Below, one piece after another: positions 45,385 through 55,686 of a stretch of 64,000 bases of DNA. Within the stretch, counting starts at the first letter, position 1, and each line of letters opens with the position of its first letter. Source of the DNA: an uncultured Methanosarcinaceae archaeon (GTDB taxonomy: Archaea > Halobacteriota > Methanosarcinia > Methanosarcinales > Methanosarcinaceae). Below the pieces are notes generated by a model, which did not search any database, was not told where the DNA came from, and worked only from the letters and a program-made list of their open reading frames with translations. Where the stretch lies: contig CAWJYV010000010.1 of NCBI GenBank assembly GCA_963847185.1, positions 32,001 through 96,000 of the forward strand, in the 5' to 3' direction. The position numbers and the translations under genes were made by a program.

Positions 45385-46350
45385 TTAAGCTATCTTAGAG
45401 TCCTTCATAACTGCAGATAATGAATGCAACAAAATTCCTGTCAGCGACATAAAAGTCCCTACAACAATAAACAGAACCATGAGCATGGTCGGACCGAACT
45501 GCAGGCTTTCTCCAGCAACGAAGGTTTGCAGGAAGTCAGCACCCATGTAAAGTCCGCCTATTCCAAGAGATAAACCAGGGACTGTTAAATAGTAAAGAGG
45601 TCTGTTGAACTCTATGTCTTTCAAAATAATGACAAGGACTTCAAGACCGTGCTGAATAGGATTCTTTGTTGAACAGTCAACGTCGTAGCGAACTCCTATT
45701 TCAACTTCTTTTATTCGAAGGCCAGATTTTGCCGCGTCTGCAAGCATTTCGCTTTCTATTGCCATACCCTGTGCATTAAAACGAAAAATGTCTTTTGTAG
45801 AGGCTGTAAAGGCACGAAAGCCACTCTGAGAATCTGTAATTTTGAGGCCGGAATTCAGATTAGTAAACCTATCCAGAACTCTCTGACCTATGCGACGGTA
45901 GATGGGAGTGTTCCTGTCCAGACCGTTTAAATAACGGCTACCATTTACCAGATCAGCTTCGCCTTTAAGAATAGGCTGAACCAGTCGTGGAATATCTTTA
46001 GGATTATGCTGGCCGTCAGAGTCCATGGTAACTATAATGTCTGCACCTTCGGCAGCTGAAAAACCGGTTTTTAGAGCGCCTCCTTTTCCTGTATTAGCCT
46101 CATGAACAATAACTTCTGCACCTGCTTTCCTGGCAATATCAGCTGTTCGGTCTGAACTGCCGTCGTCTATAACGATCACATTGTCAGCGTAGTGTTTTGT
46201 GAGGAGGACTATACTTCCTATAGATACTTCTTCATTGTAAGCTGGGAGTATAACAGTTATATTCTGTGGAACATAGCCTCTAGTGCACGGTTTGTTTTCT
46301 TTATTATAAGTGCTCAGGGCGCTGCTGTCAGTTAACAGCTTGTTGCTCAC
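45385..46350 (-). CDS. GT2 polyprenol-phosphate glycosyltransferase (DPM1-like) with two C-terminal TM helices
   Basis: LPAYNEE, DDGSSD, MDSDGQH, GSRY, DSQSGFRA. Confidence 0.88.
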   Translation of the reverse strand: MSNKLLTDSSALSTYNKENKPCTRGYVPQNITVILPAYNEEVSIGSIVLLTKHYADNVIVIDDGSSDRTADIARKAGAEVIVHEANTGKGGALKTGFSAAEGADIIVTMDSDGQHNPKDIPRLVQPILKGEADLVNGSRYLNGLDRNTPIYRRIGQRVLDRFTNLNSGLKITDSQSGFRAFTASTKDIFRFNAQGMAIESEMLADAAKSGLRIKEVEIGVRYDVDCSTKNPIQHGLEVLVIILKDIEFNRPLYYLTVPGLSLGIGGLYMGADFLQTFVAGESLQFGPTMLMVLFIVVGTFMSLTGILLHSLSAVMKDSKIA

Positions 46351-46875
46351 GGTGAATGGCTCCTTGAATTAGTACTATTGAAAATTATCCTCTAAGTCTT
46401 TTTTTAAAAGTAATTCAGAACCTAACTATATAAATTTATTTAAAATGACATAATAATATAATAATAATTGGGAAATAGCAACATCTGGAACCCTTTAAAT
46501 AAAGTAAATAGAAAATTATGCTCTTGAACCAATAAACTCAAAAATAACTAGAATATTGGACTAAAAATAGAATAATTTGCCTAAAATAGGAAAGCCAGTT
46601 TCGAAAACACAATCAACAAACTTCAAAAATACTTTGAGATCTTGCCCGGAGATCCCTATATTGTGAAGAAGATTTTCTCTAGATGGGCTATTTTCAAGCG
46701 GAGTTTTTCTTTATGGACACTTGCCTCATTCATCAGAATAAACCATATTCTTACTAAACAAAACAAGAGACAAGGAAAAACTCAATTCAGACCTGATATA
46801 TGGGAAAAAATAGAAATTAAGTGGAAAGTTTTAGCTTTCCTTAAATTAACTTTTCTGAGATAAACTTTCCTCAAT

Positions 46876-47475
46876 TTAGCTTTCCTCTACTTTTTTTCTT
46901 CCCGTCTCAAAAGCCCTAATATTAACTTCAATTGTCTTTTGCGGCACAAGGGCTTTCACGTTTTCAAGCAAGGTGTCTTTTGGAATGGGCAGATAACCTG
47001 AAACTGCTCCTACCATTGCCACATTCATTGCTAATCTGCTGCCTGCCTCATATGCCAGTTCATCGGCATTGAAGGCTTTAACTATATATTTTTCAGTAAG
47101 AACATCAAGAATTTCCTGGACGTCAGGATATTTTGCAAGACCTGATGTGACAGTAACAGGAAGCACAGGCTGGGTGTTTACAATTACAATTCCACCATCT
47201 TTCAGGAAATCGAGATAGCGGACTGCTTCCATTGGCTCAAGGGCAAGCATGAGATCAGCGCCTTTTTTAGGGATCATGGACCCAAAATCTTCACCGATCC
47301 TGATATGGTTTACAACCGAACCTCCGCGCTGGGCCATACCGTGAGTTTCTGCAGCCCTAATAGGCAGCCCTGCAGCAACTGCAGCTTTTCCGATAATATC
47401 CGAAGCAAGGATTGCACCCTGCCCGCCGACTCCAGTAATAAGGAGGTCGAATTTTTGCTTCTTAGTCTGGTTCAT
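46876..47475 (-). CDS. iorB: Indolepyruvate:ferredoxin oxidoreductase subunit beta
   Basis: GVGGQG, ETHGMAQRGGSV; coupled to iorA. Confidence 0.95.
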   Translation of the reverse strand: MNQTKKQKFDLLITGVGGQGAILASDIIGKAAVAAGLPIRAAETHGMAQRGGSVVNHIRIGEDFGSMIPKKGADLMLALEPMEAVRYLDFLKDGGIVIVNTQPVLPVTVTSGLAKYPDVQEILDVLTEKYIVKAFNADELAYEAGSRLAMNVAMVGAVSGYLPIPKDTLLENVKALVPQKTIEVNIRAFETGRKKVEES

Positions 47476-49274
47476 TTCTTCACCTCCTGGACAGCATCAA
47501 ACTTGCAGATCTGGGCGCAGACCCCACACCCGCTGCAGAGAGCAGTGATCACAGCACACTTGTTTATCTCCTCAAACTCGATTGCCGGGCAGCCGAATTT
47601 TACACATTGTTTGCAACCTTCGCATTTCTCAGGGTCAACTATATAAGGAACTCGTTTTATTCCTGCCCTCTTTCCCGATATTACGCAGGGCTGTTTTGCA
47701 ATGACCACAGCCGTACCTTTGAATTCCTTTGCGGCTCTGAAGGCTTCCTGTGTTTCTTCAAGCCTGTAAGGATCAACAACAGACACAAATCCGGCTCCCA
47801 TTACTTTGCAGAGCTCTGCAAGCGAGACCTCTACTGTTGGTTCTCCAGTCACTGTAAAACCCACACCAGGATTTGGCTGGTGTCCTGTCATGGCTGTAAT
47901 GCGATTATCGAGAATAGTGACTGTAATATCGGCTTTATTAAAAATAGCATTCAAAAGAGAGTTTATTCCTGTATGGAAAAAGGTTGAATCCCCTATAGAA
48001 CAGCAGATAGGACGTTTTTCTCCTGCATGGTAAAGTCCTGAGGCAATACTTATGCTTGAGCCCATACAGAGCGTTGTCTCAACAGTCCCGCTCTGGATTC
48101 CAAGGGTATAGCAGCCGATATCACTTGGATAAATGGCATCCTTTCCAAAGACCTTTTTCATTGAGTAGAAAGTTGCCCTGTGAGAACAGCCTGCACAGAG
48201 AGCAGGCGGGCGGGGAGCAAGCTCAAGAGCAGGACCTGAAAGCTCAGGTTCTACTTCAAGATCAAAAACCTTCTTAAGGCTCTCAAGAAAAACACTGACA
48301 TCCAGTTCCCCTTCCCTCGGGACAAAACCTCCAGTTTTTCCAAAAATCGAGACAGCCAGTTCTGCCTCCTGAGCAATTAACTTTACATGCTCTTCAACGA
48401 CAGGTTCCAGCTCTTCGAACACAAGTACCGTATCTACGGTTTTAAGCAGTTCAAGAATTAACTTCTTCGGAACCGGATAAGTTCCTACTTTCAGGAAAGA
48501 AGCATCAATTCCAAGCTCAACAAGAGCCTCTTTTGCATATACTGAAGCAATTCCTGCTCCTATTACTCCAAATTTTGCCCCGTCCTTGAGTTCTAAGGAA
48601 TTCCAGGGGGATTCGGAAAGAGCATCTTCAATCGGCTGCTGGATGGAAAGAAGATGAGTATGGCGTACGCGGGCGTTTTTTGGCAACATAACCCAGCGGT
48701 CGAGAAGTTTTTCAAAATTGGGGTTCCGCTTTTCTGTAGATATTTCCCCAAGCTCGACATCGGATTTCCCGTGCGAGATCCTGGTTGTTGGCCTGAAGAT
48801 AACAGGAACTTCGAACCTTTCCGAAAACTCGAAAGCATAAGAAAGCATATCCTTGGCTTCCTGAGGAGTTGAAGGGTCAAAGCAGGGCACAAGGGCAAAC
48901 TGAGCATACCTTCTCGTGTCCTGCTCGTTCTGAGAAGAGTGGCAGGAAGGATCGTCAGCTACAATTGCAATCAGTCCGCCTTTTGTCCCGGCATAGGCAA
49001 GAGTCATAAAAGGATCGGCTGCAACATTTAATCCTACATGTTTCATTGTCACTACAGAACGGACACCCGCCCAGGACCCACCAACTGCTACTTCCATTGC
49101 TACTTTTTCGTTAACTGACCATTCAATATGGTAGTCCCGGTTTTCCAGGCAAGCAAGCGTATCTATGATTTCTGAAGAGGGGGTTCCGGGATAGCCTGTA
49201 ATAAGCTGCACTCCTCCTTCAAGAAGTCCACGAGCGATTGCCACATTTCCAAGCATGTACTCACGCATTGTCAT
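47472..49274 (-). CDS. iorA: Indolepyruvate:ferredoxin oxidoreductase subunit alpha
   Basis: YPGTPSSE, MKHVGLNVAAD, SSQNEQD, CAGCSH, GDSTFFH TPP motif and two C-terminal ferredoxin motifs. Confidence 0.96.
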   Translation of the reverse strand: MTMREYMLGNVAIARGLLEGGVQLITGYPGTPSSEIIDTLACLENRDYHIEWSVNEKVAMEVAVGGSWAGVRSVVTMKHVGLNVAADPFMTLAYAGTKGGLIAIVADDPSCHSSQNEQDTRRYAQFALVPCFDPSTPQEAKDMLSYAFEFSERFEVPVIFRPTTRISHGKSDVELGEISTEKRNPNFEKLLDRWVMLPKNARVRHTHLLSIQQPIEDALSESPWNSLELKDGAKFGVIGAGIASVYAKEALVELGIDASFLKVGTYPVPKKLILELLKTVDTVLVFEELEPVVEEHVKLIAQEAELAVSIFGKTGGFVPREGELDVSVFLESLKKVFDLEVEPELSGPALELAPRPPALCAGCSHRATFYSMKKVFGKDAIYPSDIGCYTLGIQSGTVETTLCMGSSISIASGLYHAGEKRPICCSIGDSTFFHTGINSLLNAIFNKADITVTILDNRITAMTGHQPNPGVGFTVTGEPTVEVSLAELCKVMGAGFVSVVDPYRLEETQEAFRAAKEFKGTAVVIAKQPCVISGKRAGIKRVPYIVDPEKCEGCKQCVKFGCPAIEFEEINKCAVITALCSGCGVCAQICKFDAVQEVKK

Positions 49275-49984
49275 GATTACTGTCTCCAGTATTTATATTT
49301 AGATAGAAAAATACAATTATTAATATTTTGTAACCGCTTTAATATAGTTGTAATTCAGTCAGAGTCAATAAATTTGAAGTCATAAAGCAGACCGGACAAA
49401 TAAAACCTGTTATCCGCAAACCAGGTAAAACTTTTGCATTATTCAAAATAACATGATCAATAATATACTTTCGGATAATTGTTCCGAAATTTAACCACCA
49501 ATAATATAATTTAGAAAATTGTTTTAGAATTTCGGTTAGGAACCTGAGCGGAAAAATAAGTGACAGGGGGAGTACACTTTTGGAAACAGATTTAAAACGA
49601 GCCTTCTAAGAAATTTATCTCAATAAACCAGAACGACATTAATACAATCTTCTGTCGAGCTTTTTCCGCTCAAAGAGCGGTACTTACGAAGGCATGATAA
49701 AAGATAAAAGGTAGAGCAAAAATCTCAACCATACAAACTCCAATATACTAAAACCCTATTGAATATATATTTCTTAGCTCATAAATTGTGAATGATAAAC
49801 AGTGGACAGAGGTTCAGGACTTAGATCCAGTCAACTAAAGCTTTATAAAAGGAAGGAAGCGATAGAACCAATAAACACTTCCTCACTGCTCAATTAATGA
49901 ATTAATTCACAACCTAACACATTTAGATTTAATCTTTTAGAATTTAGCATTTTTAGAATTTAATACTCTAATTAGTTAATAATT

Positions 49985-50802
49985 TCAGGAGTTAGTACTC
50001 CTATTTTTCTCCAGAAAATCTGCAAGCTTTTCAATTTCTTCCAGCTCAAAATCAAGTTCCTCTCCTTTAAGGGAGGCTTTAAAAATCTCTCTTTTTGCCG
50101 GAATCTCAGCCACAACATTCATGCAATTCACAGAATTCAGCATTTCTTCCCTGATATCAGGCTCAACTTTGTTGAGCACAAAATAGACACTGCAGCCGCA
50201 CTGGCTTCCAAATTCATCGAATTTCTTTGAAAGCTTGAGAGATTCGTAAGATGGATCGATGACTACCAGGATGAGGTCAAATTCCTTATCCACGCCACGC
50301 CCAAAGTGTTCAGTGCCTGCTTCAGTGTCCACAATCACCACGTCATCTTTTCCAAGGTCAAGGTTTTCAAGGAATTCCCTGGTCAGGACTCCCATAGGAC
50401 AGGCACATCCCTCTCCAAAGTCATGAATTTTGCCAATAGCCATCAATTTGAGATTCCCTTTTTCTTCTATAAATTCAGAAGGAAGATCTAAAAAACTCCA
50501 CCTCTTTTTAAAAAACCTGGACTGCTGTTGCGCTGGCTGCCCTGAAGAGTTATCATTGGCTGCAAGTCCCCAGAATTGAGTTGTCTTGGGAGCAGACTTT
50601 TGTTTTTCCTTAAAACCTTTTTTTCCCCGAAATATTCCATCAGGTCTTTTGGAGCTGCCAATCCTAATTGGCTGTGTAGCCCGTAGTTGGATTCATCTAT
50701 ATCAAGTACAAGCACGTTTTTTGTTTTTGACATCTGCTTTGCAAGGAGCGCAGAAATCGTGCTTTTTCCGCTTCCTCCTTTCCCGCATACCGCTATTCTC
50801 AT
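49985..50802 (-). pseudogene. CooC-like nickel-insertion ATPase with two frameshifts
   Basis: GKGGSGKST deviant Walker A, GCACP (CxC), DTEAG.EHFGRG; 1-nt losses near 50625 and 50455. Confidence 0.8.
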
Positions 50803-51278
50803 ATCCTGTTCACCTATCCCACTAATTTATCCTGCTGAATTAAAAACGCTTTCTTTAAGCAGTTTTTTTGTTCACGCTGCAAATAAAAATATCTTTGCAA
50901 AATTAGAGCATGAAGTTCCGTGTACAATGAAATCGAGATCATCCAACTGATTATTGGTAAGCTGAATAGTTAACATAATTCCTAGATATATAGCATAAAA
51001 ATAACACTTTTTGACATTTTAAACCTTAACCGAATCCAAAGAATGGAATTCCATTATTCTTTTAAAATTGGAGAAGAATCAGAAAAAATTAAAAAGACTC
51101 TGAACTGAAAAGGAATGATGGGATAGTTTACTATGAGGTTCACAGTAATAGAAAAATATAATCAAACATCAGCGCTAGCCCTACAACAATTAATTGAGTA
51201 AAGCTAGGACTGGAGTTTCAGCCTGGTTTAGCATACACTACAAAAATAGAAAAAACTGGTATTCTCAATGCAGACTCT

Positions 51279-51419
51279 TTATGTGTAAATCATGATTGAA
51301 TCGAGTCTTGCAGTACCTACCTTTGTCCAGTAATTGCAAATGCTACAGTACTGAGTCTCGCTGTTTGAGCTTACTTCCAGTTTAGCATGGCATTTTGGAC
51401 ATATTTTTAGACTTTTCGT
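51279..51419 (-). CDS. Small 46-aa zinc-ribbon protein with ACG at the start position
   Basis: (T/M)KSLKICPKCHAKLEVSSNSETQYCSICNYWTKVGTARLDSIMIYT*; CxxC-x14-CxxC; GGGGGT 6 nt upstream. Confidence 0.6.
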   Translation of the reverse strand, partial: TKSLKICPKCHAKLEVSSNSETQYCSICNYWTKVGTARLDSIMIYT

Positions 51420-51452
51420 AAATAAACCCCCTTAATATTAAAATAAATTCTA

Positions 51453-51500
51453 TAGAACTTACGCAGTTCAACTGAGAAATCAATGGCATTAAACCTTTAA
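51453..51500. mobile_element. Isolated IS701-like terminal repeat remnant
   Basis: TAGAACTTACGCA versus TAGGACTTACGCA at 22032; partner end not found. Confidence 0.35.
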
Positions 51501-52008
51501 CTGTTTAAAACATAATTTCAAACCACAACTTCTATTATCTTTTCCGTCTCTTCCATTCAAATTATAGTAATATTATAATTACTTTAAATTAATTGTACAA
51601 AAAATAGTTTTGTGTCAAAACACGCCTTTAGATTAAAAGTTTCAAAGACGACATCGAACCCTAAATGAGATTCGTTATTAACCACAAATATCACAAAAAC
51701 AAGGTTACAAATCACATCTTTCGAAATTCTGAGATGGATAATTCATCCATCTCAGATGCACCGGTCTCACTCGAAGTTGGGGTGAGTCATTGAAAAACGA
51801 AAGCACAATAGCATTTCATTTTTCAAAACGTGGGCTATTTTGTGTGATGAAAATTGTGCCTCATTTTTCAGAGAAAATCAATAAAACTAAAGAAAAGGAT
51901 AACTCGAGTTTAAAAAAGCACTGTGCTTTAACAAATCCAGGACCTCAAGTTTACGGTTTCCTAGTTTTACTTCTTAGGTCCTAATCAATAACTCACAGAC
52001 AAAACCTA

Positions 52009-52116
52009 TTATTTAGATGTCTCTTCTTTGGCATCTGAGATTGATACTTTCTCTTCTTCTTCTATTAGTGCTGCATTAGTAGATTCTGGCGCAATATTTT
52101 TGTCTGTTTCACTCAT
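52009..52116 (-). CDS. 35-aa acidic small peptide
   Basis: MSETDKNIAPESTNAALIEEEEKVSISDAKEETSK; ATG with GAGGT upstream; TAA-TAG double stop; paralogous sequence at 55152. Confidence 0.55.
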   Translation of the reverse strand: MSETDKNIAPESTNAALIEEEEKVSISDAKEETSK

Positions 52117-52274
52117 GGTATTTACCTCTTTATATTTTTTAAGTAGGGAGCTATAAATTTAGCTCTCCAGAATATATTTTAGCTTTCCCAAATATTCCAT
52201 ATGAGCCTTTTATGCAGGGGAGTTATAAATTTAGATTCCCCAAATATCCTGCATGACATAACAGTATATTGAAC

Positions 52275-52290
52275 TATATAAATAGCCATG
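52275..52290 (-). promoter_or_regulatory. Archaeal TATA box of cassette copy 1
   Basis: TTTATATA on the minus strand, conserved with flanks (CATGGCTATTTATATAG) in copy 2. Confidence 0.5.
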
Positions 52291-53063
52291 TATATTTTAA
52301 ATTTACTTTAGATGTTCAAAAAGATCGAAATTTAGTGCTTAAGTTGTAATGCAAAATATGAAAGTATAGCGAAAAATGTAACTTCTGTGCATGTGTGGAA
52401 CACGCAATGAGTTGTCAAGATTTCGTTCAAGGTTTTTTTCTTCTCATCAATACTGCAATTTCTCTCTTCATTTCCTTTAAAACATCATCTGTTAGATTTA
52501 ATTTAAGTATAATATCATTTCAATTTAAATTCAAAGCTTAATTACAATGTAAAAGTTCTACTTCTGTGTACATATAAGTTAGGACAGCAAAACTATAGTT
52601 CACCTTTTTTGGTTAGGTTTGAGAGAACATGTCTTTTGTTTGCGATTCTCGTAATTGACCCCATGCCCTAATCTCTTAACTTTTTTAGGCTCATATAACT
52701 ATTCACAGGCTTAATTCACGTTTTTTGTGCCGAAATACTTGGTATTTCTATGTAGATTTGCTTTGATTCAACCCTTATCCCTGAAAAAATTCTCTCAAAT
52801 TAGAGTATTTCTATAGAGCCTAAATTCAAAAGGGAAGTGTTTAAAAATAATTAGGATGTAATCAGTATTAAAATTGTTTCAATGAATGCGAAAGAAGGAA
52901 AAGACAAGTGAAAAATAAAGAGATTGCAGAGAAGAATTCTCTAAATTTCAACCATTGAGTTGACTGAAACCGGTTTACAAGTCGTCACTGGCTGGATAAC
53001 AGAATTCTGTTTTTGTCTGTTAGTCCGAAAAGATTGGAACAAGGGCAATAAAACGGTGTTAAC

Positions 53064-54605
53064 ATGTCAGTTAACGACTCGGTCAACCTAATAGTGGTAG
53101 GTTCCGGTGTAATTTTTGCAGGAACTCTTGCTGGACTGCTGTTCGATATTCTTATTAAAGGAGTGCTCACCTCCTATCTCTCTCCAGCCGACTTCGGAAC
53201 ATATTCCCTTGCACTAACGGTAATATCAATTACAGGAGCCGTAGCAACTCTTGGCCTTCACGAAGGAGTACCGAGGTACATTGCATATTTCAGGGGCAGG
53301 CATGAGGAATATAAAATTCAGGAATTAATAATATCAGCCACAATAATGGGCCTGATTGCCAGTGTGCTTGCCATGCTGGTCTCGCCGGTTCTGTTTGAAC
53401 ATTTAGCCGGGAAAGGATTCGATGCGCAGGGCAAAATCCTGTCCGTAGTCAGGATAATGATCTTTGCCATTCCATTTACCATAGTCCTGAATCTGGCAGT
53501 AGCAATTTACAGGGGATTCGACCGTACAAATGTTAATACTTACTTTTATAGCATCATAAGACCGGTTTCCCTTCTCGTATTTGCTTCAGCAGCCGTTTTT
53601 CTGGGCGTGTCCCTGAGAGGGATAGTGCTCGCTGACCTGCTCTCAATGATATTCACATTTGGCATAATGTCAGTTTACTTTATCAAAAGACCTCCATTTA
53701 AACCTGAATGGAAACTGAAATTCGGCGAACCAACAAAACAGTTAATAAGGTACTCGTTCCCGCTTTTGATAAGTGCAACTCTGTTGAATATCATGACATG
53801 GACAGATACCATAATGCTTGGCTATTTCAAGTCAACTGAGGTAGTCGGAGTTTACAGTGCAGTATACCCGCTTGTAGGTTTTCTGTCCATGATAATCGGT
53901 TCCATGGGTTTTGTGTACATCCCTGTAACATCAAAGTTATGGGGAGAAAACAAGCCCGAATCGCTTGGTCCTATCTACCAGATAATGACAAAATGGTGCT
54001 TCATGCTTACCTTTCCGGTCTTTGCATTGATGTTTTTGTATCCCGAGTTTCTTCTAACGAAACTATACGGTGCAGAATATGCAAGCGGTGCCACGGTTTT
54101 GCGCATCCTTGCTCTGGGATTCGTAACAAACTCATACTTCGGATTTAACTACCACACCATAATGGCATCCGGAGACTCTGACTTTCTTATGAAGTGTTCG
54201 GTAGCAAGTGCAGGAATGAACGCACTTCTTAATTTTATACTCATACCTCAGTATGGGATGGTAGGCGCAGCGGCTGCATCTTCTGCATCTTTTGCATCAA
54301 TTGAAGTCTTAATGACTTTAAGAACCTGGAAAAAGCAGCATATGCATCCCTTTACTTCTATGTACAGAAGGGTGACCCTTGTCGGCATCTCCATAATTGT
54401 GCTCATGCTTGCCGCCAGAAAAGCACTCTTGCTTTCCGGAGCAGGCTGGGAATATGTATCTTTTGTCATCGTGTATTTTGTGATAATTAAAGCTGCAAAT
54501 GTGCTAGACAGCACAGAGCTGAACATGATAGGCGAGATCAAGAAAGCTATTCGAGATAATATCCGCATCCTCATCCCTCAGGCACTTAAATCACTTGCAT
54601 CATAA
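53064..54605 (+). CDS. Oligosaccharide flippase (MATE-like Wzx family)
   Basis: YLSPADFGTYSLA, LGLHEGVPRYIA, DTIMLGYFKS..VGVYS, LIPQYGMVGAA; many TM segments. Confidence 0.88.
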   Translation: MSVNDSVNLIVVGSGVIFAGTLAGLLFDILIKGVLTSYLSPADFGTYSLALTVISITGAVATLGLHEGVPRYIAYFRGRHEEYKIQELIISATIMGLIASVLAMLVSPVLFEHLAGKGFDAQGKILSVVRIMIFAIPFTIVLNLAVAIYRGFDRTNVNTYFYSIIRPVSLLVFASAAVFLGVSLRGIVLADLLSMIFTFGIMSVYFIKRPPFKPEWKLKFGEPTKQLIRYSFPLLISATLLNIMTWTDTIMLGYFKSTEVVGVYSAVYPLVGFLSMIIGSMGFVYIPVTSKLWGENKPESLGPIYQIMTKWCFMLTFPVFALMFLYPEFLLTKLYGAEYASGATVLRILALGFVTNSYFGFNYHTIMASGDSDFLMKCSVASAGMNALLNFILIPQYGMVGAAAASSASFASIEVLMTLRTWKKQHMHPFTSMYRRVTLVGISIIVLMLAARKALLLSGAGWEYVSFVIVYFVIIKAANVLDSTELNMIGEIKKAIRDNIRILIPQALKSLAS

Positions 54606-54959
54606 CTTGCTTCCCGGTGTAAAAAAGACAGGCAGATATCTCTTTGAAGAATGCCGGCAACTCTATTTTTGCGCAGTTTTTCAAGTTAAAAAGTTCTATA
54701 TTCTATTTTTAGCAAGTAACTTGTTTTTTCCCGAGTATTTTTAATGATAGCGTTTTTGTAGGGAAATACATTACCTCCCAGACTAAACATTATTGCAAAA
54801 ATGGTTCGTTGTTTATATAAGTCGTGAGATTTGGGCATATGTTAACCAGTTTTAAACACACTCTAAATATCCGATATGTTCATAAAAAGCTATCATGAAA
54901 AACATTTGGTTTTAATGTCGACCTGCCGAAAATACTAAATTTTGATCTTTTTTCTCATT

Positions 54960-55287
54960 TAAAATAAATTTAAAATATACATGGCTATTTATATAGCTAA
55001 TATACTAGTATGTCCTGCAGGATATTTGGGAAATCTAAATTTATAACTTCCTCTGCATAAAAGGTATCATATGGAATATTTAAAAAGCTAAAATATATTT
55101 GGGGGGCTAAATTCATAACTCACCTGCATAAAAATACACGGAGTTAAAAACCTGGGTGAAACAGACAAAAATATTGCGCCAGAAGCTGCAAGCAAAACTA
55201 ATGCAGCACTAAAAGACGAGAAAGTATCAAATCAAGACGTCATGAAAAACACCTCAATAATAGGTTTTGACCGTGAGTTATTGATTA
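54960..55287 (+). repeat. Copy 2 of the ~330-bp inverted duplication
   Basis: TATA TTTATATA at 54988-54995; same leader hairpins; peptide frame starts CTG at 55152 (LGETDKNIAPEAASKTNAALKDEKVS) and has lost the stop. Confidence 0.9.
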
Positions 55288-55460
55288 AATCTGAAAAATC
55301 GGGCACAATTTACGTATTTGAAAAAATATAGAGAGATTCTTTTGCTTATGTTTCTCAATAGATCCTCCCAACTACCCTATTTTAGTAATTACCGTTACTA
55401 AAAGTTCGAGTAGTAATCATATAAAACTGACAAGTGCCGTTATTTTCTTTTGATCTGGAA

Positions 55461-55520
55461 TTTTATCTTGATCTATTTTATCTTGATCTATTTTATCTTG
55501 ATCTATTTTATCTTGATCTA
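55461..55520 (+). repeat. Perfect tandem repeat (TTTTATCTTGATCTA)x4
   Basis: Four exact 15-bp units plus a degenerate unit at 55443-55457. Confidence 0.95.
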
Positions 55521-55686
55521 TATTTGGATAGTGTCTGTGAGTTATTGATCTATCCTGAAAAAACGAGTACTTTCCCCGCATTTGAGGAAAATGAAGAGAA
55601 ATTATTGTGCTCACTATTTTCAGTAACTCGCAGGCACGACCAGAGATCAAAAAGTCTAGAAATTAATGTAAGTTTGGAGGGATTAA

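Larger units (their letters stand above)
51982..52310 (-). repeat. Copy 1 of a ~330-bp inverted duplication (promoter, structured leader, sORF)
   Basis: Reverse complement aligns end to end with 54960-55287. Confidence 0.9.

Noticed and set aside
47305-48907. Multiple antisense and alternate-frame ORFs over iorAB (and similar ones across the window)
   Set aside because: Shadow ORFs of well-supported genes
55443-55520. Short repeats as a CRISPR array
   Set aside because: Units are contiguous 15-mers without spacers and no cas genes are present
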